Assembly: GCA_021827955.1 (NCBI GenBank)
Contig: JAKATY010000063.1
Location: 1 to 26,403 of the forward strand
Direction: 5' to 3'
Length of the DNA stretch: 26,403 bases
Source of the DNA: Candidatus Micrarchaeota archaeon
GTDB taxonomy: Archaea; Micrarchaeota; Micrarchaeia; Micrarchaeales; Micrarchaeaceae
The translations under genes were made by a program, and so were the position numbers. How positions within the stretch are numbered: position 1 is the first letter of the stretch; each line of letters starts with the position of its first letter. The notes beneath the pieces are model-generated. The model was given only the letters and a program-made list of their open reading frames with translations. It did not search any database and was not told the DNA's origin. Below are positions 1 to 7,131 of this stretch, piece by piece.

Positions 1-1
1 C

Positions 2-601
2 AACAGTTGCCTTTGCTTGTTTGTGATATGGCACGCCTCTGACAAAAGCGAGGAATCCTACTCCGAGGCGATCCGCGATGAGAAGCACTGGCCAGAGCTC
101 ATAGACATAATCGCTCTCGTTTCCTCAGGCAAAAAGAAGGTATCGTCGAGCGAAGGCCACATCCACACGGTAAACACAAGCAGCTTGTATGCCGCAAGGC
201 CGCGCATAGCCGAGGAGCGCGCCAGGAAAGCAGTAGAGCTGATAACGAAGAAAGATGCCCATAGCCTCTTCGATCTTATAATGAAGGACAGCAACAGCAT
301 GCACGCGGTAATGCTGGACAGCATGCCTCCACTGCATTACATAAACGATACCTCTTGGCTTTTGATCGAAAAAGTTCACGAGATAAACAATGCGCACGGC
401 GAGAATATCGCAGCTTACACCTTGGATGCAGGCCCAAACGTGCACATAATAACAGAAGACCGCTATGCGAAAGAGCTCAAGAATGCAATGCTCGAAGCTG
501 TTCCAGGCATAAGCTTCATAGAATCGCACGCCGGAGGCGCTCCTGTGCTTCTGGGCAAGGACAGCTCTCTCATAGACGAGAACATGAAGGCAGGTGTTTG
601 A
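2..601 (+). CDS. GHMP-family mevalonate decarboxylase (phosphomevalonate or diphosphomevalonate decarboxylase), 5' partial
   Basis: Motifs KKVSSxEG, DSNSMHA...PPLxY and AYTLDAGPNVH are typical of the MVD family. The frame is open to the left window edge, and the gene lies directly upstream of IPK. Confidence 0.88.
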   Translation, partial: NSCLCLFVIWHASDKSEESYSEAIRDEKHWPELIDIIALVSSGKKKVSSSEGHIHTVNTSSLYAARPRIAEERARKAVELITKKDAHSLFDLIMKDSNSMHAVMLDSMPPLHYINDTSWLLIEKVHEINNAHGENIAAYTLDAGPNVHIITEDRYAKELKNAMLEAVPGISFIESHAGGAPVLLGKDSSLIDENMKAGV

Positions 602-602
602 T

Positions 603-1433
603 ATGGATCCATTGAAAGAAAAAGATCTCTACATGGTGAAGCTCGGTGGAGCGGTAATAACGGATACGGACAAGCCTGGCGTAGCAAGGAAGGAGCATAT
701 AGCAAGGCTCCTCAGCGAGATAAAAGAGGCAAAGGAGAAAAAAGGCTTCAACGTAATAATAGGGCACGGCGGAGGCTCGTTCCCCCACATTCCTGCCAAG
801 AAATACAGGGTAAACGAGGGCATAATAAACGAGGAAAGCAGGAAAGGCGCCTCTCTCGTAAAGCTTTCTGCCCGAGAGCTCAACTCCATTATCGTGAGCG
901 CAGCGCTCGAGGTGCAGATGGATGTCTTCCCTTTCGATCCGTCAAGCTTTCTTGTATCAAGATCTGGCAAGGCGGAACTGGCCAGCGTCGAAGCAATAAA
1001 GAATGCACTGAACTACGGCTTTACTCCTATAGTTTACGGAGATGTGGTGATGGACCTTGAGAAAGGCGTCTCGATAGCTTCAACTGAGGAGGTTTTCCGC
1101 ATCCTTTCCAAACACCTGCCAATAAAGAAGGTGGTGCTTGCTACAGATGTTGACGGTGTATTCGACAAGGACCCTTTCAAGTACGGCGACGCAAGGCTTC
1201 TGCCTTTGGTAAATGAGGGCAATTTGCACGAGATACTTGGCGCAGCAGGTTCAGCGCACAAGGTAGATGTAACAGGAGGCATGAACGCAAAGGTCGCGCT
1301 TCTGAGCGATATAGTAAGCAGCACAGGCGGCCGAGGTTTCATCCTGAACGGCAGCAAGCCCAGGAAGCTTTTCAATGCCCTCATTGACGAAGAAATAGAA
1401 TGCACCAAGTTCGAGTTTGGGGCGCAGCAATAG
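603..1433 (+). CDS. ipk: Isopentenyl phosphate kinase (amino-acid kinase fold)
   Basis: VKLGGAVITD, GHGGGSFPH (IPK catalytic His), YGDVV, DVDGVF, DVTGGM. ATG at 603 follows an AGGTG SD-like sequence; the ORF track starts at GTG 594. Confidence 0.9.
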   Translation: MDPLKEKDLYMVKLGGAVITDTDKPGVARKEHIARLLSEIKEAKEKKGFNVIIGHGGGSFPHIPAKKYRVNEGIINEESRKGASLVKLSARELNSIIVSAALEVQMDVFPFDPSSFLVSRSGKAELASVEAIKNALNYGFTPIVYGDVVMDLEKGVSIASTEEVFRILSKHLPIKKVVLATDVDGVFDKDPFKYGDARLLPLVNEGNLHEILGAAGSAHKVDVTGGMNAKVALLSDIVSSTGGRGFILNGSKPRKLFNALIDEEIECTKFEFGAQQ

Positions 1434-1440
1434 CATTGCG

Positions 1441-2370
1441 TTATTTGTATATCTTTGTGCCGGCCTTGCCTTCGAGCACATCTTTGAGCATGCTTAAATT
1501 GCCTATATACGAAACTCGATTCTCTCCTCCTTCCACGAAACCCATGCAGGCTTCTACTTTGGGCTTGATGGTCCCTTCTTCAAGATAGGGGAGCATTCTC
1601 TTTGCCTCTTTTGCGGTTATTGTCTTTATGGCTCCCTTCCTGTTTTTGTAATCCCTGTATACAAAGTCTACGTCTGTCAATATCGCCAGCGTCTTCGCTC
1701 CGATCGCGTTTGCAAGCACCATGCTTGCAAGATCCTTGTCTATCACTGCGTCGACCCCTTTATATGCATTGCTCTTTCGCATCACCGGTATGCCTCCGCC
1801 TCCAGCCGCGATGACTACTCTGCCTCTGGCAAGCTCGTTTTTTATCGCGTCTATTTCAACTATCCCTCTCGGAAAAGGCGAAGGCACCACTCTTCTATAC
1901 CCTTTCTTCTCCTTAACATAGCTGAATCTTTCCTTGCTTAAAACTGAATCAAGCTTCTCCTTTGAGTAAAACGGCCCTACAGGCTTGGCCGGCTTTCTGA
2001 ATGCAGTATCCTTGCCGTCTACTATCACGTGCGTAAGGACGGTGCAGACCTCTTTCTCGATTCCTCTCTTTGCAAACGCGTTTCTAAGCGCTATCTCCAG
2101 TACAGATCCTATAGAGCCCTGCGTCTCGGCATTTAGCAAGTACAGCGGCAGCTTCGGCACTTTGGCTTCAGTGAATTCGTTCCTGAGAAGCTCGTCTCCA
2201 ACCTGTGTGCCGTTGCCGTGGGTTATTACAATCTGCGCATTGCTTCTTCCTGCAAATTCCGCGACATGCGCCATCGCCTTCTCTGCTGTTTTTATCTCGC
2301 TGGATTCCCTCTGTTTTCCAGCAGCATTTAGAAGAGCATTGCCACCAAGCGCCACCACGATCTTTTCCAT
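1441..2370 (-). CDS. arcC: Carbamate kinase
   Basis: VVALGGNAL, THGNGxQVG, KPVGPFY, RRVVPSP, AAGGGGIPV, AVIDKDLAS, GxAGT. Confidence 0.92.
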   Translation of the reverse strand: MEKIVVALGGNALLNAAGKQRESSEIKTAEKAMAHVAEFAGRSNAQIVITHGNGTQVGDELLRNEFTEAKVPKLPLYLLNAETQGSIGSVLEIALRNAFAKRGIEKEVCTVLTHVIVDGKDTAFRKPAKPVGPFYSKEKLDSVLSKERFSYVKEKKGYRRVVPSPFPRGIVEIDAIKNELARGRVVIAAGGGGIPVMRKSNAYKGVDAVIDKDLASMVLANAIGAKTLAILTDVDFVYRDYKNRKGAIKTITAKEAKRMLPYLEEGTIKPKVEACMGFVEGGENRVSYIGNLSMLKDVLEGKAGTKIYK

Positions 2371-2390
2371 GATCTGGATTGTTTCAAAAA

Positions 2391-2398
2391 TTATTTAT
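2391..2398. promoter_or_regulatory. TATA-like box, possibly shared by divergent arcC and HAD genes
   Basis: CAAAAA-TTATTTAT in a 56-bp divergent gap, about 21-28 nt from the arcC ATG and 29-36 nt from the HAD ATG. Confidence 0.4.
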
Positions 2399-2426
2399 GC
2401 GTTCTTTCGCATAGAATATAGATTGC

Positions 2427-3068
2427 ATGGCAATGAATAACACAGCAAAGCAAAAGGACGTAGCAACGCGGGGAATAAAGCTCGTCATCTTTGACCTAGG
2501 GGGAGTGGTAATAAATTATTCAGAAGATTTGTACGTAAAAAAACTCAGCAAGGAAACGGGCGCCCCTGCCGAAAAGATTTCACGCCTGCTCATGCGTTTA
2601 GATCCTCTGTTCGATTCAGGAAAAATATCCTTGAAAGAGTTTGAAAGCAAAATGGCAAAGAGCCTTAAGATAAGCAAAAGTTCTGTAAAATGGGCCGAAA
2701 GTTTCTATGAGCTCTCCTCTCTCAACATGGGCACTTATCGCATAATGAGAAAGCTCAGGAAGAGGTATAAAGTCGTAATACTTTCAAATATCTCAATGCC
2801 CAGGTATTATGCCTCCCTGAAAATTATAAGGAAAGACTGCTGTGAAAGGTATTTTGCATCCTGCTTCCTCCACATGCGCAAGCCGGAGAGGAGGATATAC
2901 ATGTACGTGCTAGGCAAGATGTCCGCTAAGCCCGAAGAGGCAGTGTTCATAGACAACCTTAGGAGAAACGTGCGCGGAGCGGAGGCCGCAGGGCTTAAAG
3001 GCATACTTTTCAAGAATGCCAAGAAGCTTGAAGCGGATTTGAGAAAGCTGAGACTAAGGCTTGACTGA
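2427..3068 (+). CDS. HAD-superfamily phosphatase (YihX-like)
   Basis: Motif I FDLGGVV, motif II ILSN, motif III RKPE, motif IV FIDN. Confidence 0.88.
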   Translation: MAMNNTAKQKDVATRGIKLVIFDLGGVVINYSEDLYVKKLSKETGAPAEKISRLLMRLDPLFDSGKISLKEFESKMAKSLKISKSSVKWAESFYELSSLNMGTYRIMRKLRKRYKVVILSNISMPRYYASLKIIRKDCCERYFASCFLHMRKPERRIYMYVLGKMSAKPEEAVFIDNLRRNVRGAEAAGLKGILFKNAKKLEADLRKLRLRLD

Positions 3069-3920
3069 ATGATCGACTCGGGTTTTGCGGAGAGGCTTTT
3101 TGCAGGTAGATGGATAGCCGGCCCAGGCATAGACGATGCTGTGCGCGAAGCCAAAAAATTCAACAGGGCAGGAGTAAAGGCGATAATAAATTATCTGGGC
3201 GAGGAATTCCACAGCAAGGAGGACGTGGCCGAGGCGACAGATGTAATAATGCGTGCGATCAGCGCGATAAAGGCGAACAGGATAAAAGCTGACATATCAG
3301 TAAAGCCTACGCAGCTCGGCCTTCTTGTTGGCAAGCAGGTGTTCCTGTCCAACTTGAGGAAGCTGGCACGCGAAGCGAAAAAGGCAGGGGTATTCCTGTG
3401 GATAGACATGGAAGAGCCTGAAACCGTGGACAGCGTAGTCGATGCCTATGCCTCGGAGTTCGCGGGAAAAGAAGTGGGCTTGTGCGTGCAATCATATCTA
3501 AGAAGGAGCGCAGAGGATTTGAGGCTTCTCGCAAGGCACGGCGCCGTGGTCAGACTCGTCAAGGGCGCATATTCCCTTTCCCATGCCACTTACAGCACCC
3601 ATGAGGAAATAACGCGCAATTACCTCCTGCTCATGCAATATCTTTTCGGGCATTCGAAAAGGTTTACGCTGGCCACCCATGACCTGGACATTATAGAAAA
3701 GGCATTAAAGCTTAACGCACGATATAAAAGAGACGTGACTTATGCAATGCTCAAAGGAGTCAGGAACAGGTACCTGAAGGATCTTGCCGCTCGCGGAGAG
3801 AACGCCTCGGTGTACATACCTTTTGGAGATAAATGGGTAAGCTATTCTTACCGCAGGCTAAGAGAAGCCGGCCACCTGTCCCTGATAGTCAAGTCATTGT
3901 TCGAGCGCCAGGGTGTTTGA
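3069..3920 (+). CDS. Monofunctional proline dehydrogenase
   Basis: YLGE, SVKPTQLG, IDME, VRLVKGAY, ATHD, MLxG, YIPFG, YxxRRLRE. Confidence 0.92.
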   Translation: MIDSGFAERLFAGRWIAGPGIDDAVREAKKFNRAGVKAIINYLGEEFHSKEDVAEATDVIMRAISAIKANRIKADISVKPTQLGLLVGKQVFLSNLRKLAREAKKAGVFLWIDMEEPETVDSVVDAYASEFAGKEVGLCVQSYLRRSAEDLRLLARHGAVVRLVKGAYSLSHATYSTHEEITRNYLLLMQYLFGHSKRFTLATHDLDIIEKALKLNARYKRDVTYAMLKGVRNRYLKDLAARGENASVYIPFGDKWVSYSYRRLREAGHLSLIVKSLFERQGV

Positions 3921-5360
3921 TTGTCCGAGCAGAAAAGGCCAAAAAAAAGCGAAAACTTTTCGGAATGGTATACGCAGGTCTTGATAGATTCAAAGTTCAT
4001 AGACTATTCCCCCGTTTCAGGAGCGATAGTGTTCAGGGCTTCAAGCTATTTCGCATGGGACATGATAAGGAGCGCCACCGACGTGCTATTCAAAAAAGCA
4101 GGCATACAGGACTTTTACTTCCCTCTTTTCATACCCGAGCATCTCCTTGAGAAGGAGAAGGAGCACGTAGAGGGATTCTCTCCCGAAGTGGCGTGGGTTA
4201 CCCATGCGGGCAATACAAAGCTTGAAGAGAGGCTTGCAATAAGGCCGACTTCTGAGACAATAATGTACGAAATCGTTTCGAAGTGGATAAGATCCTGGCG
4301 CGACCTGCCTCTGCGCATGAACCAGTGGAACAATGTAGTAAGATGGGAGTTCAGGCATCCAACTCCTTTCCTAAGGTCGAGGGAGTTCCTTTGGAACGAA
4401 GGTCATACGATTTTCGCAACGCGCGAGGAGGCTGCCGCGGAAAGGGACGAAGTTCTCGGCATATACAACAAGATACTCAAGGAATATCTTGCATTGCCGG
4501 GCATAACAGGAAGGAAGACAGACAGCGAAAAATTTGCGGGGGCCGAGGCGAGCTACAGCATAGAGCACGTGATGCCCGATGGCTGGATGATACAGGGCCC
4601 TGATTTCCACAGCGACGGCCAGAAGTTCTCCAAGGCGTTCGAAATCTCATTTCTCGACAAAGAAGGCAAGAAAGCCTATGCATACCAGAACACGTTTGCG
4701 ATAAGCACGCGCGAATTGGGAGTCATGGTGGCGATCCATGGAGATGACAGGGGATTGATTATACCTCCCAAGCTTGCGGTAATACAGGCAGTCATAATAC
4801 CAATATACAACGATTCTAACAAGGAGGCCGTGCTCGCCTACGCAAAAGAGGCCAAGGACTCGCTCGGCGAAAGCATAAGGTCATACATAGACGACAACGA
4901 TGCATACTCTCCTGGCTGGAAATTCAGCGAATGGGAGCTCCGCGGCGTGCCAGTAAGGATAGAGATAGGGGAGAAGGAGCTCAAGTCCAAAAGCGCTACA
5001 GTCACGAGAAGGGATACGCTTGAGAAAAAGCAGCTTGGAATAGATGAATTGGGCAAAGGCGTAGCCGCACTCCTTTCCGAAATCCACGAGAACATGTATC
5101 TAAAGGCGAAGAAATTCCTTGACTCTCACGTCCATGATGCAGACACTTATGAGATGCTAAAGGATATTATAAAGAATTCAAAGGGAGCAGCGCGCGCGCC
5201 GTGGTGCGGCGATTCAGAATGCGAGAGCAGGATAAAAGAGGAAACCGGCGCGAAAATAACAAACATGCCTTTTGACGCGCAAGGAAAAGAGAAAGGCAAG
5301 AAATGCGTCTATTGCGGCAAGGACGCAAAATACACCGCCAACTTTGCAAGATCCTACTGA
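3921..5360 (+). CDS. proS: Prolyl-tRNA synthetase (archaeal/eukaryotic type)
   Basis: FSEWY, RPTSETIMY, QWNNVVRWE, PFLRSREFLWNEGHT, STRELG and a C-terminal WCG...CVYCG zinc site. TTG start preceded by GGGTG; no earlier ATG is available. Confidence 0.96.
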   Translation: MSEQKRPKKSENFSEWYTQVLIDSKFIDYSPVSGAIVFRASSYFAWDMIRSATDVLFKKAGIQDFYFPLFIPEHLLEKEKEHVEGFSPEVAWVTHAGNTKLEERLAIRPTSETIMYEIVSKWIRSWRDLPLRMNQWNNVVRWEFRHPTPFLRSREFLWNEGHTIFATREEAAAERDEVLGIYNKILKEYLALPGITGRKTDSEKFAGAEASYSIEHVMPDGWMIQGPDFHSDGQKFSKAFEISFLDKEGKKAYAYQNTFAISTRELGVMVAIHGDDRGLIIPPKLAVIQAVIIPIYNDSNKEAVLAYAKEAKDSLGESIRSYIDDNDAYSPGWKFSEWELRGVPVRIEIGEKELKSKSATVTRRDTLEKKQLGIDELGKGVAALLSEIHENMYLKAKKFLDSHVHDADTYEMLKDIIKNSKGAARAPWCGDSECESRIKEETGAKITNMPFDAQGKEKGKKCVYCGKDAKYTANFARSY

Positions 5361-5701
5361 ATCTCTGCGTCATTTCTCTCCGAAACGGGATCCGCTCTTT
5401 TGCCTTCGTAGCAAGAAGATGCGCATAGCCAGAAAGCGTTATTGTCCTTGTTGCTGCTGTCGCATCTGAGCATGCAGTAGATAGCATCTTCAGTCTCCTT
5501 GGAATTTCTCTCCCTCAATCCCTCAAGCATAATCTCGACGCCCTTCCTCGCGACCCTCTCGTTCACATCGTATCCTCTCTTCCTGAGGAATGTCTGCACA
5601 TCTTTTATCAGGACCGAATAAGGGCTGTACGAATACTGCATATCGAATACGAATTCCATGTTTTTTCCTATTTCCTCTATATTCTTTGTTTTTCCTTCCA
5701 T
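5354..5701 (-). CDS. Hypothetical protein, 115 aa, with a twin Cx3C motif
   Basis: Fills the gap between proS and the tRNA. TTTAAATA lies about 27 nt upstream of ATG 5701, suggesting a leaderless mRNA. No family recognised; the ORF track extends it to 5770. Confidence 0.65.
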   Translation of the reverse strand: MEGKTKNIEEIGKNMEFVFDMQYSYSPYSVLIKDVQTFLRKRGYDVNERVARKGVEIMLEGLRERNSKETEDAIYCMLRCDSSNKDNNAFWLCASSCYEGKRADPVSERNDAEIQ

Positions 5702-5727
5702 GCAAATCAATAAGCTTGAAAAAGCAA

Positions 5728-5735
5728 TATTTAAA
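5728..5735 (-). promoter_or_regulatory. TATA box for the 5354..5701 gene
   Basis: TTTAAATA on the minus strand at canonical archaeal spacing from ATG 5701. Confidence 0.5.
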
Positions 5736-5890
5736 TTCAGCGAAGTGGCATTAGACAAAGAACGAACCAACTGCCATTGCTCATTCCATTTGACTTAAGG
5801 GTATTTGCTCCCTTTGCTTTTGCGTTACACGCAATCCAAGCAAAAAGAATAAAATAGGGATAAGTGCTTAATATACTGCTTTTCGATCTC

Positions 5891-5963
5891 AGCCCCGTCG
5901 TCTAGTGGCCAAGGACGCAGGCCTTTGGAGCCTGCTACATCGGTTCGAATCCGGTCGGGGCTA
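5891..5963 (+). tRNA. tRNA-Gln (anticodon UUG), intronless, CCA not encoded
   Basis: Acceptor stem AGCCCCG/CGGGGCT plus discriminator A; D-loop TAGTGGCCAAGG; anticodon arm GCAGGC-CTTTGGA-GCCTGC; T arm ATCGG-TTCGAAT-CCGGT. Confidence 0.96.
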
Positions 5964-5976
5964 TTTTCAACAGCGT

Positions 5977-6933
5977 TCACACCAGGTCCAATGCCGAGAA
6001 CATAAACGGTAGGATTATCGTGGCGTCTCCGTCTATCGTTGTGTACTTCGCCTTTTCCTTTATCTTTCCCCACGACACTGCTTCGGACAATCTCGCTCCT
6101 GAGAGGCTGCCGTCGAACTGCGTCGCTGTAGTTATGTAAACAGCGTAGTCAAGGCCTCCTTTGAATTGGTTCCACCATATGACATGGTGCTTGCTTATGC
6201 CGCCTCCCACCATCAGCGCACCGGTAACCTTGTGGTCGAATACTATGTTGCTCAGCTCTATCTCGTCCTTTATGAGGTTTAGCTTGAAGTCGTGATCCTG
6301 CGAGAATATCGTGAGCTGCGTGCCGAACGCGCCGTCGAGTATTCCGGGGTTGAAGATCTTGACGTTGTGCAAATACGCCTGCCTCACTATCGAGCCCTCG
6401 TCCTTGATCCTTTTTCCGAATTCGTATATGAGTTCGCTAGCGCTGTATTCCTTTTTATAGTCCCTGCTCGTGTAGATCTCTTCCATTATCTCGTTGAACC
6501 TTTTTTCGAGCTTCAGGCCGTATTCATCCCTTTCTATGAAAACGTTGCCTAGCCTGTATACTCCCTTTTCGTGCAACTTCGCATCATCAGCATAGAAGGA
6601 TCCGGCGCTGTAGATTCCTCCAGAAGCCCTTGCTATGTCATGGTCCAGCATTCCTCCCGTGGTTATTATCGCGTTGAAGTATTTCGTTGCTCCGGCTATC
6701 GCGCCCCTTATGCCCGTTGCTATTATATCTGCAGGAAAAGAGAGGAAATTGAATGAGCTTTTGTCAGCGAGCATGTCTTTGAGTATGCCTGTGCCGTCGG
6801 CCATGTGCTGCGCCGAGAAGCCTCCTATCCTTTGCATCTCTTCCACCAGTTCCGAAACCTTCATTGATTTCCTCAGCTTGAGGTCCTTGACCGGAGAGCC
6901 AAGAATTTTTTTGTTCTCTTTTTTCCCTGCCAT
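5977..6933 (-). CDS. dys: Deoxyhypusine synthase
   Basis: GGFSA, TTGGMLDHD, RLGNVF, DGAFG, GGGISKHH, DGSLSGA, and EAVSWGK carrying the catalytic Lys. Confidence 0.95.
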   Translation of the reverse strand: MAGKKENKKILGSPVKDLKLRKSMKVSELVEEMQRIGGFSAQHMADGTGILKDMLADKSSFNFLSFPADIIATGIRGAIAGATKYFNAIITTGGMLDHDIARASGGIYSAGSFYADDAKLHEKGVYRLGNVFIERDEYGLKLEKRFNEIMEEIYTSRDYKKEYSASELIYEFGKRIKDEGSIVRQAYLHNVKIFNPGILDGAFGTQLTIFSQDHDFKLNLIKDEIELSNIVFDHKVTGALMVGGGISKHHVIWWNQFKGGLDYAVYITTATQFDGSLSGARLSEAVSWGKIKEKAKYTTIDGDATIILPFMFSALDLV

Positions 6934-7131
6934 ACAATTACCCTTTGAGCATTGGTTTTCAAGAATGCGCGCATCCCATCAAGATTTGCAATTCCCTTTC
7001 GCTTAAAGTAAACGCAAAGTCGTATCAAAACTCAAGCCACTTGCGCTCTGCTATCCTGATTATGCTTATAATTCCAAGGTTAAGCTTTTATTTTTTGCCT
7101 ACATATGAGATTATCAGCGACCAGTGGTTTT

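Noticed and set aside
5839-5853. Exact 15-mer AGCAAAAAGAATAAA shared with 23941-23955 (minus), both upstream of genes
   Set aside because: Roughly one 15-bp match is expected by chance in a window this size, more for A-rich sequence. At most a shared BRE-TATA.
5891-5990. tRNA-Gln as an integration site
   Set aside because: No duplicate of the tRNA 3' end, no integrase, and both flanks are core-type genes.
6934-7131. tRNA or structured RNA between dys and ftsZ
   Set aside because: No cloverleaf or T-loop motif; consistent with divergent promoters.
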